Positions 29,166 through 39,853 are shown, numbered from the stretch's first letter. The stretch is DNA of 64,000 bases from Nitrospinales bacterium (GCA_965223345.1 CBDCWG010000012.1:416001-480000); one strand, 5' to 3'. Program-made: numbers and translations. The notes: generated by a model not told the origin, from the letters alone.

Positions 29166-31580
29166 ATGACCTCCGAACGTTTGGAACTCCCGCTTCTGCC
29201 TTTGCGGGACATCGTCGTCTTTCCCTTCATGGTGATCCCGCTGTTTGTCGGACGCGCCCGCTCGGTGCGCGCGCTGGAAAAATCCATGGCGGAGCAGAAG
29301 CACATCTTTCTTTCCGCACAGCGCAACCCCGGCAACAACGATCCCTCGGAAAGCGACATCTATGAAACCGGGACGCTGGCCAATATCCTGCAGATCCTGA
29401 AACTCACCGACGGCACCATGAAGGTGCTGGTCGAGGGCATCCAGCGCGGGCGCATCAACGCGTTCGTCGAGAACCCGGAATTCTTCGAGGTGGAGGTCGT
29501 CAAGATCCAGGAGAACACGCAGGTGACGCCGGACGTCAAGGCGCTGATGCGCAGCGTGGGCAACATCTTCGAACAGTATGTGAAGCTCAACCAGAAGATC
29601 CCGCTGGAAGCGGTCTCCGCCACCGCCAACATCCAGGAGCCGCACCGCTATGCGGACACCATCGCGGCGTACATGGTGTTTCAGACGACGGACAAGCAGG
29701 ACCTGCTGGAAACCTACCATCCGGTGGACCGGCTCAACAAGCTGCTCTCGAGCCTCAAATCGGAGATGGAGGTGTTGAAGATCGAAAAACGCGTGCACGG
29801 CCGGGTGCGCAAGCAGATGGAGCGTAGCCAGAAGGAGTTCTATCTCAACGAGCAGATCAAGGCCATTCAGAAGGAGCTGGGCAAGCGCGACGAGTTCAAG
29901 ACGGACATCGACGATCTGACGCAGAAGATCAAGAAAGCCAAGATGCCCAAAGAGGTGAACGAGAAGGCGATGAAGGAGCTCAGGCGGCTGGAGCTGATGC
30001 AGCCGATGTCCGCCGAGGCGACGGTCTCCCGCACCTACATCGAATGGCTGGTCGAGCTGCCGTGGAAAAAACCGCCGGCATCGGCCGATAAAATCAAGAT
30101 CGACGAAGCGCAGAAAATCCTCGACGAGGACCACTACGGCCTCGACAAGGTGAAGGAGCGCATCGTCGAGCACCTTGCGGTGCTGAAACTGGTGAAAAAG
30201 ATCAAGGGCCCCATCCTCTGTCTCGCCGGCCCGCCGGGTGTGGGCAAGACCTCGCTGGGCAAATCCATCGCCCGCGCCATGAACCGCAAATTCGTGCGCG
30301 TGTCTCTAGGCGGCGTGCGCGACGAAGCGGAGATCCGCGGGCATCGCAGAACCTACATCGGCGCGTTGCCGGGGAAAATCATTCAGGGCATGAAAAAAGC
30401 GGGCGTCGCCAATCCGGTGTTCATGCTGGATGAAATCGACAAGATGACCAGCGATTTTCGCGGCGACCCCTCTTCGGCGCTGCTGGAGGTGCTCGATCCG
30501 GAACAGAACGTCAATTTCAACGATCACTATCTGGAAGTGGACTACGATCTGTCGCAGGCGCTGTTCGTGTGCACCGCCAACGTGCTGCACACGATCCCGC
30601 AGCCGCTGCTCGACCGCATGGAGATCCTGCGCATTCCCGGTTACACCGAGGACGAGAAGGTGGGCATCGCGGAGAATTTTCTCCTGCCGAAAAAACTGGA
30701 AGAGCACGGCCTGACGAAAAAAAACCTGGAGATGAGCAAAGCGGTGTTGCAGCGCATGATCCGCGAATACACGCGCGAAGCGGGCGTGCGCAACCTGGAA
30801 CGGGAACTGGCTTCGGTGTGCCGCAAGGTGGTGAAGGAAGTGGTGAAAGCGGGCAAGAAGTTTTCCGTCGCCATCAAACCGTCGCAGCTCGACAAATACC
30901 TGGGCATTCCCAAATTCAAAAGCCCCGGCCCCACCGAACCGCTGGACGTGGGCGTCGCCATGGGCATGGCCTGGACCGAATTCGGCGGCGAGGTGCTCTA
31001 CATCGAGGTGACCGCAGTTCCGGGCAACGGCAAGCTGGTGCCCACGGGCAAACTGGGCGATGTGATGAAAGAATCCGCGCAGGCGGCCATGAGCTATGTG
31101 CGCTCACGCGCCACGCAACTGAAACTGCCGAAGAACTTCCACCAGAAAATGGACATCCACATCCACATCCCGGAAGGCGCGGTGCCCAAGGACGGTCCTT
31201 CCGCCGGGATCACCATGGCGGTGGCTCTGGTGTCGGCGCTCACGCGCAAACCGGTGCGCCACGACGTCATCCTCACCGGCGAGCTGACGCTGACCGGCAA
31301 GGTGCTGCCGATCGGCGGGCTCAAGGAAAAGGTTCTGGCCGCGCACCGGGCCAACATCGAAAACATCATCCTGCCGAAGGACAACGAAAAGGACATTCCG
31401 GACATTCCCGCGAACATCAAAAAAGCCCTGACCTTCCATCCGGCCGAAACGATGGACGATGTGATCCAACTGGCTTTCGACTCGAAACACAAGCTCGGCA
31501 AGAAGCCGGTCAAGCGCAAAGCCAAAACCGCGAAAAAACGCGCCCCGGCCAAACGCCCTTCGGTCTCCACCCTCAACTGA
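29166..31580 (+). CDS. lon: Lon protease (endopeptidase La)
   Basis: [11 protein letters not shown]-domain, [17 protein letters not shown] catalytic Ser; start ATG 29166. Confidence 0.98.
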   Translation: MTSERLELPLLPLRDIVVFPFMVIPLFVGRARSVRALEKSMAEQKHIFLSAQRNPGNNDPSESDIYETGTLANILQILKLTDGTMKVLVEGIQRGRINAFVENPEFFEVEVVKIQENTQVTPDVKALMRSVGNIFEQYVKLNQKIPLEAVSATANIQEPHRYADTIAAYMVFQTTDKQDLLETYHPVDRLNKLLSSLKSEMEVLKIEKRVHGRVRKQMERSQKEFYLNEQIKAIQKELGKRDEFKTDIDDLTQKIKKAKMPKEVNEKAMKELRRLELMQPMSAEATVSRTYIEWLVELPWKKPPASADKIKIDEAQKILDEDHYGLDKVKERIVEHLAVLKLVKKIKGPILCLAGPPGVGKTSLGKSIARAMNRKFVRVSLGGVRDEAEIRGHRRTYIGALPGKIIQGMKKAGVANPVFMLDEIDKMTSDFRGDPSSALLEVLDPEQNVNFNDHYLEVDYDLSQALFVCTANVLHTIPQPLLDRMEILRIPGYTEDEKVGIAENFLLPKKLEEHGLTKKNLEMSKAVLQRMIREYTREAGVRNLERELASVCRKVVKEVVKAGKKFSVAIKPSQLDKYLGIPKFKSPGPTEPLDVGVAMGMAWTEFGGEVLYIEVTAVPGNGKLVPTGKLGDVMKESAQAAMSYVRSRATQLKLPKNFHQKMDIHIHIPEGAVPKDGPSAGITMAVALVSALTRKPVRHDVILTGELTLTGKVLPIGGLKEKVLAAHRANIENIILPKDNEKDIPDIPANIKKALTFHPAETMDDVIQLAFDSKHKLGKKPVKRKAKTAKKRAPAKRPSVSTLN

Positions 31581-31812
31581 CCGGGTCCTACCCGGTGAGT
31601 ACAGGTCACACTCCCTTTCCAGACTATCCAGCACAGGCATACTGCATGAGTCGCTTTCACTTGCAAGCGGAGGCTCTCCGCTGACCCCGTCCCACGGGAG
31701 GGAACGGGTCCAGCCCGCAAACGAAGCCACCCGGACAGGCATACTGCATGAGTCGCCTTCACTTGCGAGCGGAGGCTCTCCGTCGGCCTCCCGGCCGGGG
31801 GGGTATAGAGTC
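31577..31812. repeat. Intergenic tandem repeat: two ~103-bp units plus a partial third; the full units end in a 48-bp palindromic core
   Basis: Cores at 31633-31680 and 31735-31782 match at 46 of 48 positions (ACAGGCATACTGCATGAGTCGCYTTCACTTGCRAGCGGAGGCTCTCCG); both units begin CTGACC..GTCC.AC...GGTC. Confidence 0.85.
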
Positions 31813-31861
31813 GAATCCCTGAGCGCGATCCTTCTCTAAAGACTTACTTCCAAAATTTCTC

Positions 31862-32707
31862 TTACAGATCGGGGGATTCGTTTTCGAAGGGGATGTCTTT
31901 TTCCTCTTTGAGCGCGAGGACCAGGTAGTGTTCCTGGGTGAGGTGGCCGTTCACGGTATCGAGCAGCGTCGCCGCATCGGACAGGAATTTTTGCGCGTTG
32001 GTTTCGTCCACCTGCCGCCCGGCGAGTTCGCCGTAAAACTCGATCACGGGTTCGGCCTGCGCGATGAGACGCTCGATGGATTGAAAATCGAGGTCGCGTT
32101 TCTGGTTGTTCTTGTAGTACTCCGCGTGCTCCAGCCAGATGTCCACGTCGGCGGGGGGGTTTCCCAGTTTCACCAGCTCGTCCTTGGCGGCGTCGCGGCC
32201 GACTTCGGTCACTTTCCGGGAAACGAAGCGCGCCACGTTGTCCATGGGCAGGCCTTTGGCGGTGCGGCACAGGTGCTGGATCGCAAACACCATTTTGTTG
32301 AGGTGGCTGTCGAGCTGCATGCCGGTGTCGGAATGGGAACGCACCGCGGCGGACCGTTCGAACGCGTGCCACATCCCGCCGGCTTTCTGCACGGCGGTCC
32401 TTTTTTCATCGAGAGCCTGCATCCGCTCGAGACAGGACTCGGCGCCCTCCACCTTGCCGGTGATGCGGGCGGTGTCCACGGCGGTGAGACGCTCCTTCAG
32501 AGCGGGATCGATCGGGATGACGGGTTTTTCCTCTTCTTTTCCCTCGAGGTCGTCCTTGGTCTTTTTCACGGTTTCGGTGCGGACCCAGGTGTGCTCGCGC
32601 GGCGGCAGACGCACCGCGGGCTCCTCGGTGACTTCCTGGGTGCAGGCCCCCAGGGCGCCGGAAACCAGCACCGCACATCCCAACACAACGGCTTTACGCT
32701 TCAACAT
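31862..32707 (-). CDS. Hypothetical lipoprotein
   Basis: MLKRK, hydrophobic stretch and LGAC lipobox; helical body; start ATG 32707. Confidence 0.8.
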   Translation of the reverse strand: MLKRKAVVLGCAVLVSGALGACTQEVTEEPAVRLPPREHTWVRTETVKKTKDDLEGKEEEKPVIPIDPALKERLTAVDTARITGKVEGAESCLERMQALDEKRTAVQKAGGMWHAFERSAAVRSHSDTGMQLDSHLNKMVFAIQHLCRTAKGLPMDNVARFVSRKVTEVGRDAAKDELVKLGNPPADVDIWLEHAEYYKNNQKRDLDFQSIERLIAQAEPVIEFYGELAGRQVDETNAQKFLSDAATLLDTVNGHLTQEHYLVLALKEEKDIPFENESPDL

Positions 32708-32963
32708 GCTTGTCCTCAATGGCATTCGGTAATAGGGTGTCCTTTCTTTATACACCAAACCCGGCTTTTGTGCAGTGACCGGGGCGGCATTTTCCCATCG
32801 ATTCCGCACTCCCAACCCCAGAGCGACGCTAACCCGCTATTTTTATTAAGGTTATTTCAGTTCCAGGCGGAATGCGCGGCGGCCGGATTGCGGGATGAAT
32901 TATTGCTTTAGTAAAGCGGTTGAATTGTCGATAGTAACGAAAACACTGTGTGCCGCCAACCCC

Positions 32964-33521
32964 ATGCTGACTCGAAAAATCCTGCCAACTCTCCTCCTGA
33001 TCGTCGCCCTCACCGCCTGTGAAGTGAAATTGGGCCCCTCGGACATCTGGTCCAAGTGGTTCAAAACGCAGACCGACTCTTCCTATTACCAGGAGAAGGC
33101 GGAGGATCTGGTCAAGGGCCTCTCACAGGACAGCCTGGAATACGAAATCAACAAGGTGGCGGTGATCGACCTGGTCAACGACAAGGGCAAATCGCCGGTT
33201 CTGGGCGATTACCTGTCCTCGCGGGTCATCGAAGCGATCGCGCGCAAGCGGGTGTTCCGGGTGGCGCAAAAGGGTGAGGTGCGGGACGTGCTCGCGCAGC
33301 TCAACCTGCCCTCCTCGTTTGCCTACACGCGCGGCGAACTGAAACGGCTGGGCACGGCGCTCAATTCCCAGGCCATCGTGACGGGCAAGTTCACCGACCT
33401 CGGCACCAACCTCGATGTGCACCTCACGTTGATCGACGTGGTCAGCGGCGAGGTGATCGCCTCTTCCACGGAACCGCTCACGCGCACGAAGTTCGCGGTC
33501 GAAATGCTGCGCCACTACTGA
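32964..33521 (+). CDS. FlgO/CsgG-like outer-membrane lipoprotein
   Basis: LTAC lipobox; KVAVIDLVN...LGDYLS...AIVTG...LIDVVSGEVIASS pattern of the FlgO/CsgG/TolB-N fold. Confidence 0.75.
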   Translation: MLTRKILPTLLLIVALTACEVKLGPSDIWSKWFKTQTDSSYYQEKAEDLVKGLSQDSLEYEINKVAVIDLVNDKGKSPVLGDYLSSRVIEAIARKRVFRVAQKGEVRDVLAQLNLPSSFAYTRGELKRLGTALNSQAIVTGKFTDLGTNLDVHLTLIDVVSGEVIASSTEPLTRTKFAVEMLRHY

Positions 33522-33714
33522 CCCCGGCTCCCGCCGGAGGGGACAGGTCCAACCTGCTTATCGCTGATAATCCTAATTAGGCACACTACCGGAGTCTTTT
33601 GCCCCAGTAAGCAGAACCACTCCCCTAACCCTGGCTCCCGCCGGGCAGCAAACCCTTCCTGACTCTTTCAAGATAATCTTATATGAGTGACACCAGCCTG
33701 CGGGCAGGGGCGCG

Positions 33715-35679
33715 CTATCTCTCTTCTTCGGCTAGCGCATTGTTGTAGCGGGACAGGGCCATGAGGGGGAAGTAGTGCTGGTACATGTGGTATTTGATGA
33801 AGAAATGCACGGGAAAACCGGTGCCGGTGAATTGATCCTCGTACCAGCTGCCCTGCTCGTTCTGCCGTTCGAGTAAATAGCGCGCCCCGCCGAAGGCGGA
33901 GGGATGCCGGGCTTTGCCCGCCGCCACCAGCCCCAGCAGCGCCCAGGCGGTCTGGGAAGCGGTGCTCTCGCCCTGACCGCGCAATGTGGGATCGGCGTAA
34001 CTTTCGCAGGTCTCGCCCCAGCCGCCGTCTTCGTTCTGGTGCGCTTCCAGCCAGGCCACGGCTTTGCCGATGCGGGGCGAGTCCATGTTCTCGCCCATCG
34101 ACCTGAGGCCGTTCAGGGCGAGAAAGGTGCCGTAGATGTAGTTGACGCCCCAGCGTCCCCACCAGCAGCCGTCGGGCTCCTGGCGGTCGAGGACGAAGCC
34201 CAGCGCCTTTTTGACTTTCGGGTGCTCGCGGTCGAAACCCAGGCGGCCCAGACACCAGAGGATGCGGCTGGAAACATCGATGGTGGGTTGATCGAGCAGC
34301 GCCTTGTGATCGGCGAACGGCACTTCGTTGAACACTTCCTTGTCGTTGTCGATGTCGAACGCACCCCAGCCGCCGTTTTTGCTCTGCATGCTGAGCAGCC
34401 AGCTCAGCGCCCGCTGGCTTTCCTTGAGCTTGAAGCGGATGTCGGGCAGTTCCAGCCGGTCTAGAGCGATGAGGATTTCCGCGGTGTCGTCGGTGTCCGG
34501 GTAGCCTTCGTTGTAAAACTCGAACGCCCAGCCGCCCGGCTCGGCGTGCGGGTTTTTCACTTTCCAGTCGCCCGGCTTGACGATCTGCTTGGTCAGTATC
34601 CACTCGCCCGCCCGCACCAGATCTGGGTGATCGGCCGGCATGCCGGAATCGAGCAGCGCGTTCAGTGTGATGGCGGTGTCCCACAGCGGCGAAACGCAGG
34701 CCTGAAAGTTGAGGCATTCGCCTTCGTCGATGACGAACCGTTCGATCGCTTCCATGCCTTTGACGCAGGCGGGATGGTCCTTGGGGTAGCCGAGATAGTG
34801 CAGCGCCAGCATTGAATTGAGCATGGCGGGCTGGATGCCGGCAAAATCGCCCTCGTCTTCCTGATGTTCGCAGATCCAGCGTTCGGCTTTTTTGAGCGCA
34901 AGCCGGCGGAACGGTTTGACGGGAGATTTTCCCAGCCATTTGATGAAGCCGTCGAGGTGGATGAAAAAATTTTTCCACGAGCTGAACAGGCCGCCGTCCG
35001 GGTGGAAAGCGAGATCGACATCGCTCTCGCGGAACAACTCCTGGATGTCCTTGCCTTCAGGCAGCCGGTGCACCGGCTTGTGCGCGAGCACCACGGACAA
35101 GGGCACCACGGTTCCGCGCGACCAGCTGGATATCTCGTAGATGTTGACGCCGATCCAGTTGGGAAACAGCACGAACTCCACCGGCACCGCCGGCGGCACG
35201 TCCCAGGGGATCTGCCCGAACATCGCGAGAAAGATCTTGGTGAACACGCGGGTCTTCTTGATGCCGCCGTTCGCCCACACCGCCTCGCGCGCTTTCACCA
35301 TCGCGGGATGATCGGCGGGGTAGCCCGCGATTTTGAGCGCCAGGTAACTTTCCACGGTGGAATTGATGTCGCAGGGGCCGCCGAAATACAGCGGCCAGCT
35401 GCCGTCCTCGCGCTGTTTCTTGAGCAGGTAGCGGGCGTATTTCTCCTGCTTGTCGAGGTCAACGCGGTCGGTGAAGTGCATGAAAAAGATCAGCTCCGCC
35501 GTGATGGTGGCGTTGGATTCGAGTTCGTCCACCCAATACCCCGTCTCGGTCTGGCGCGACAACAGAAACCGCCGCGATTTCTCGATGCCCTCCTGCAGCA
35601 GGCTGCGAAAGTGGGTGTCTTTGGGGGTTTCGGGCCCGGCTTCGGCGCTTTGGGTCTCGGGGGAGGTGAGCTCGTTCAT
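33715..35679 (-). CDS. shc: Squalene-hopene cyclase
   Basis: YPDTDDTA (DXDD) motif, QW repeats (QREDGSW, QSKNGGW, QEPDGCW, QNEDGGW), GTGFP; start ATG 35679. Confidence 0.96.
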   Translation of the reverse strand: MNELTSPETQSAEAGPETPKDTHFRSLLQEGIEKSRRFLLSRQTETGYWVDELESNATITAELIFFMHFTDRVDLDKQEKYARYLLKKQREDGSWPLYFGGPCDINSTVESYLALKIAGYPADHPAMVKAREAVWANGGIKKTRVFTKIFLAMFGQIPWDVPPAVPVEFVLFPNWIGVNIYEISSWSRGTVVPLSVVLAHKPVHRLPEGKDIQELFRESDVDLAFHPDGGLFSSWKNFFIHLDGFIKWLGKSPVKPFRRLALKKAERWICEHQEDEGDFAGIQPAMLNSMLALHYLGYPKDHPACVKGMEAIERFVIDEGECLNFQACVSPLWDTAITLNALLDSGMPADHPDLVRAGEWILTKQIVKPGDWKVKNPHAEPGGWAFEFYNEGYPDTDDTAEILIALDRLELPDIRFKLKESQRALSWLLSMQSKNGGWGAFDIDNDKEVFNEVPFADHKALLDQPTIDVSSRILWCLGRLGFDREHPKVKKALGFVLDRQEPDGCWWGRWGVNYIYGTFLALNGLRSMGENMDSPRIGKAVAWLEAHQNEDGGWGETCESYADPTLRGQGESTASQTAWALLGLVAAGKARHPSAFGGARYLLERQNEQGSWYEDQFTGTGFPVHFFIKYHMYQHYFPLMALSRYNNALAEEER

Positions 35680-35790
35680 GAAGGCCTTTTCGGTTCGGTT
35701 TGCACAACCGATAAAATATAGCATTTCTCAGGCAAAAGCACACCCCCGCCTCCGCTCGATGCGGACAATATCGGCGGTGCTATTAATTGA

Positions 35791-35819
35791 TTGACAAAAA
35801 GGGCCGCTTTACCTAGTAT
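35791..35819 (+). promoter_or_regulatory. Sigma70 promoter of rplM-rpsI
   Basis: TTGACA - 17 bp - TAGTAT. Confidence 0.8.
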
Positions 35820-35872
35820 TGAGGGTTTACGAAACCCGAAGCAACGATCCTGAAAAGAAAGCTCCTTCCGAC

Positions 35873-36301
35873 ATGAAAACGTATTCGGCGAAAAAAAGCA
35901 CCGTTGAAAAGAAATGGGTGCTCATCGACGCGGCGGATCAGTCCCTGGGCCGGGTGGCCAGCAAGGCGGCCTCGATCATCCGGGGCAAAACCAAGCCCAT
36001 CTTCACCCCGCATGTGGACACCGGCGACAACGTCATCATCATCAACGCGTCCAAAGTCCGCCTGAGCGGCAAAAAATGGGACCAGAAGGTCTACTACCAT
36101 CACAGCGGCTATCCCGGCGGCATCAAATCGACCACCGCCAAGGAGATGCGCGAAAAACGACCGTCCAACCTGCTGAAAAAGGCCATCACCGGCATGCTGC
36201 CGAAAAACCGGCTGGGGCGCTCGCTGCACGCGAACTTCAGGATTTATGACACCGACGCCCACCCGCACGAGGGGCAGAAACCCGAGACGGTCACGGTGTG
36301 A
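35873..36301 (+). CDS. rplM: 50S ribosomal protein L13
   Basis: WVLIDA..LGRVAS, PHVDTGD, HSGYPGG and GMLPKNRLGR motifs. Confidence 0.98.
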   Translation: MKTYSAKKSTVEKKWVLIDAADQSLGRVASKAASIIRGKTKPIFTPHVDTGDNVIIINASKVRLSGKKWDQKVYYHHSGYPGGIKSTTAKEMREKRPSNLLKKAITGMLPKNRLGRSLHANFRIYDTDAHPHEGQKPETVTV

Positions 36302-36356
36302 ACGTCGAGCGTCATCGAACGAACATTTCACTTACTGAACGATAAGGAGCGGATTC

Positions 36357-36755
36357 ATGGAGGTTGTGGTCGAAAAGTTTTACGCCACGGGAAAGCGGAA
36401 AGAATCGATCGCCAAAGTCTGGCTGGAGCCGGGCGATGGCAAAATCACGGTCAACAAACGGGACATCCACGATTATTTCAAGCGTGAAAGCCTGGAGTGC
36501 ACCGTGAAGCAGCCGCTGGTCCTCACCGACAGCCTCGAAACCCTCGACGTGATCGCCACCGTGCGCGGCGGCGGGCTCACCGGCCAGTCCGGCGCGCTCC
36601 GGCTCGGCATCGCCCGGGCGCTGATCGAAAGCAACGCGGATCTCCGTTCCAAACTCAAGGCCGCCGGCTTTCTGACCCGCGATTCCCGCGAAGTGGAACG
36701 CAAAAAATACGGCCAGCCCGGCGCCCGTAAAAAGTTTCAGTTCTCCAAGCGTTGA
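36357..36755 (+). CDS. rpsI: 30S ribosomal protein S9
   Basis: [16 protein letters not shown] and [19 protein letters not shown] motifs. Confidence 0.98.
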   Translation: MEVVVEKFYATGKRKESIAKVWLEPGDGKITVNKRDIHDYFKRESLECTVKQPLVLTDSLETLDVIATVRGGGLTGQSGALRLGIARALIESNADLRSKLKAAGFLTRDSREVERKKYGQPGARKKFQFSKR

Positions 36756-36780
36756 TCGTTTTTTCTTCTTTAAAATCCTC

Positions 36781-36828
36781 GACGCCGGGAGATCTTCCGG
36801 TGGTTGAGGATCTTCCCGCGCGTTTTTT
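36781..36828 (+). terminator. Putative intrinsic terminator between rpsI and argC
   Basis: GACGC-CGGGA-GATCTT...AGGATC-T-TCCCG-C-GCGTT stem followed by a T run. Confidence 0.55.
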
Positions 36829-36845
36829 CCTTTAATTCAATCGTT

Positions 36846-37883
36846 ATGAAAAAAGTCGGCATCGCAGGCGCAAGCGGCTACACGGGCCTGGAGCTTGTGC
36901 GGCTGCTGCTCAAGCACCCGGGAGTGGAGCTTCGCGTTTTGACTTCGGAGACCCACCAGGGCAAACGCATGAGCGAGGTGTTCCCCGCCTTCGGCAACCA
37001 GACGGCGCTGTCGTTCGTGCCGTTGAGTCTGGAGGCGGTGCGGGGGCTCGACATCCTGTTTCTCGCCCTGCCCCACACCACGGCGATCGACCGGGTGCCG
37101 GAGTTTCTCGGTGCGGGTCTCAAGGTGATCGATCTCAGCGCCGATTACCGCATCGCTTCGGCGGCGGTGTTTTCCGAATGGTACCAGGTGGCGCACAATC
37201 AGACGGAGACGCTGAAACGCGCGGTCTACGGCCTGCCGGAGCTGCACAAGGAGCGCATCCGCGAAGCACAGCTTGTGGCCAATCCGGGTTGCTACCCCAC
37301 CGGCGTCATCCTGGCGCTGGCGCCGTTGATGACATCGGGCTGGGTGGATCTCGGCTCGCTCGTCGCCGACTGCAAGTCCGGCGTTTCGGGTGCCGGCCGC
37401 AAACCCTCGCTCACCACGCAGTTCGCCGAATGCAACGAAGCGGTGGCGGCCTACGGGCTCACGACGCACCGGCACACCCCGGAGATCGAGCAGGAGTTGT
37501 CCGGGCTTGCGGACAGCGCGGTGCGGATCACGTTTTCCCCGCACCTGATGCCGATGACGCGCGGGCTGTTGAGCACGGTCTACGCCAAAACGACGCAGAC
37601 ATTGACGTTCGCCGAACTGGCGGGCGTCTATCAGAAATTCTACAAGGATGCGCCGTTCGTGCGGCTGCTGCCGGAAGGCAGCTTCGCCAACACGCATCAC
37701 GTCGGCGGGTCGAATTACTGCGACCTCGGCCTGGCGATCGATGCGCGCACCGGCCGCATCGTCGTCACCAGCGCCATCGACAATCTGGTGAAAGGCGCCG
37801 CCGGACAGGCGGTGCAGAACATGAACCTGATGCTGGGCCTGGAAGAAACCACGGCCCTGGATTTTCCCGGCCGGTTTCCATGA
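36846..37883 (+). CDS. argC: N-acetyl-gamma-glutamyl-phosphate reductase
   Basis: GASGYTG, ANPGCYPT, SGVSGAGR and DNLVKGAAGQAVQNMN motifs. Confidence 0.97.
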   Translation: MKKVGIAGASGYTGLELVRLLLKHPGVELRVLTSETHQGKRMSEVFPAFGNQTALSFVPLSLEAVRGLDILFLALPHTTAIDRVPEFLGAGLKVIDLSADYRIASAAVFSEWYQVAHNQTETLKRAVYGLPELHKERIREAQLVANPGCYPTGVILALAPLMTSGWVDLGSLVADCKSGVSGAGRKPSLTTQFAECNEAVAAYGLTTHRHTPEIEQELSGLADSAVRITFSPHLMPMTRGLLSTVYAKTTQTLTFAELAGVYQKFYKDAPFVRLLPEGSFANTHHVGGSNYCDLGLAIDARTGRIVVTSAIDNLVKGAAGQAVQNMNLMLGLEETTALDFPGRFP

Positions 37884-39103
37884 ACCTGAAACAGGACGCT
37901 TCCACAACGCGCATGCCGCAGGTGCCGGGCTTTCGGGCCGCGGGAGTGCACTGCGGCATCAAACCGACAACGGACAAGGACCTGGCGCTCATCGTGTCGG
38001 ACACGCCCGCCACGGCGGCCGGGGTGTTCACGCGCAACCGGGTGGTCTCGCCCAGCGTGGTGTGGAGCCAGCGGGCGCTGAAAAAAAAGGGACCGATCCG
38101 CGCGGTGCTCGTCAACAGCGGCAACGCCAACGCCTGTGTCGGCGCGCAGGGGATGAAACACTGTACGGCCCTCGCCAAAATCACCGCCGGGGAACTGGGC
38201 ACGGCCACGCATGAAGTGCTGATCGCCTCCACCGGCGTGATCGGCGTACCGCTGCCGATCGAGGTGGTTTCGCGCGGCATCCCCACGGTCACGCAGTCGC
38301 TGTCCGACAAGGCGCAGGCCTGGAAAGACGCCGCCGATGCGATCCTGACTACCGACCTGGTCGCCAAAACCGCCGTCCTCGATTTCAACATCCACAAGCG
38401 CAACATCGTGATCGGCGGGATCGGCAAAGGTTCGGGCATGATCCATCCGGACATGGCGACGATGCTGGCGTTCGTGCAGACCAACGCGGCCGTCGCACCG
38501 GAAGCACTGCGGGCAGCACTGCTCACAGCCAACGCGGCATCGTTCAACAGCATCACGGTCGATGGCGACACCTCGACCAACGACTGCGCGTTCGTGCTCG
38601 CCAACGGCGAAGCGGGCAACAAACCCATCGCCCCCGATTCCAAGGAATACGCGTTGTTCGTGGAGGCGTTGACGCAGGTGTGCCGCAGCCTGGCGGTGCA
38701 GATCGTGCGCGACGGCGAAGGCGCCACCAAATTTGTGACCGTGCAGGTGCTGGGCGCCCGCTCGCAAAAGCACGCCACCGAGGTCGCGAAAACCGTGGCG
38801 TCGTCGTCGCTGGTGAAAACCGCGCTGTTCGGAGAAGACCCCAACTGGGGGCGCATCCTGGCGGCGGTCGGCTACGCGGGCGTCCCGGTGCATCCGGAAC
38901 GGCTCACCATCTCCTTGAACGGCGCGCTGCTGTACAAAAACGGCACCCCCGCGCAAGGCTCGCCGGAGACGCTGCGCAACAAAATGCAGAGCAAATCCAT
39001 CCTGATCGCCATCGATCTGAAAAACGGCGACGCACAGGCCGAGGTGTACACCTGCGACCTGTCGCACGACTACATCCGCATCAACGCCGAATACACCACC
39101 TGA
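37880..39103 (+). CDS. argJ: Bifunctional ornithine acetyltransferase / N-acetylglutamate synthase
   Basis: NSGNANAC, KGSGMIHPDMATML, DGDTSTND, RDGEGATK, INAEYTT; ATGA overlap with argC. Confidence 0.97.
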   Translation: MNLKQDASTTRMPQVPGFRAAGVHCGIKPTTDKDLALIVSDTPATAAGVFTRNRVVSPSVVWSQRALKKKGPIRAVLVNSGNANACVGAQGMKHCTALAKITAGELGTATHEVLIASTGVIGVPLPIEVVSRGIPTVTQSLSDKAQAWKDAADAILTTDLVAKTAVLDFNIHKRNIVIGGIGKGSGMIHPDMATMLAFVQTNAAVAPEALRAALLTANAASFNSITVDGDTSTNDCAFVLANGEAGNKPIAPDSKEYALFVEALTQVCRSLAVQIVRDGEGATKFVTVQVLGARSQKHATEVAKTVASSSLVKTALFGEDPNWGRILAAVGYAGVPVHPERLTISLNGALLYKNGTPAQGSPETLRNKMQSKSILIAIDLKNGDAQAEVYTCDLSHDYIRINAEYTT

Positions 39104-39331
39104 CCGGGTCCTGCCGCACGAAGCGCTCTGCGCGATGGACTCCAACCCGAAAAAAAGGCTATAATTCAACCGGTTGCGCTACCGCCTCCGCGGCTGCGCG
39201 GGATTTCCCGCAGCCGGCGGCGGTATTTGCCATGACAAATTTTCGCCGATGGTTTAAACTTTTCAGATAGCCTTTTAATTTCAAATCCATTTGCAAATCA
39301 CCCCTTCGCATCGAAGGTGCTCCTGTAAGCC

Positions 39332-39853
39332 TTGTCTATTCTAAACATACGCAATTGTCTCGACCCGGTTCTGCGTAAAAAAAGCATGCCCGTGGAAAAC
39401 ATCGACGGCGATCTCGTGGCCCTGTCCAAGGACATGATCGAAACGACGCTCGATGCCAAGGGGGCGGGGCTGGCGGCCAACCAGATCGGCGTTCCCTACA
39501 GCCTGTTCGTGGTGGATCTGGGCATCGAGAAGGAGGAGCACGAGTTGATCACGCTGATCAACCCGGTGATCACGGCGATGGAGGGCGAGGAGACCGCAGA
39601 CGAGGGCTGCCTCAGCATCCCGGAGGTGTTCGCTGAAGTCAAGCGCGCACAAAAAGTGGAAATCAAGGGCTACGATCTCAACGGCAACGAAGTGCGCTAC
39701 GAAGCGGAGGGATACCTGGCGCGGGCGTTCCAGCACGAAATGGACCACCTGAACGGCAGCCTGTTCTGGGACAACCTGGGCAAGGCGAAACGGGACATCC
39801 TGCAGCGCAAATTCAAAAAGAAACTCAAGGAGCTGAAAGAGAAGGACGCATGA
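39332..39853 (+). CDS. def: Peptide deformylase
   Basis: GAGLAANQIG, EGCLS and QHEMDHL motifs. Confidence 0.97.
   Translation: MSILNIRNCLDPVLRKKSMPVENIDGDLVALSKDMIETTLDAKGAGLAANQIGVPYSLFVVDLGIEKEEHELITLINPVITAMEGEETADEGCLSIPEVFAEVKRAQKVEIKGYDLNGNEVRYEAEGYLARAFQHEMDHLNGSLFWDNLGKAKRDILQRKFKKKLKELKEKDA

Noticed and set aside
31633..31782. 48-bp direct repeats read as a mini CRISPR array
   Set aside because: Only two copies, the intervening segments are related to each other rather than unique spacers, and there are no cas genes in the window
31796..31830. GGGGGTATAG...TCGAATCCC resembling tRNA fragments
   Set aside because: Too short, no cloverleaf; better explained as the degenerate third repeat unit
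37178..37879. Apparent 234-aa N-terminal extension of ArgJ in the ORF track
   Set aside because: Overlaps argC in another frame; the real start is the ATGA overlap at 37880
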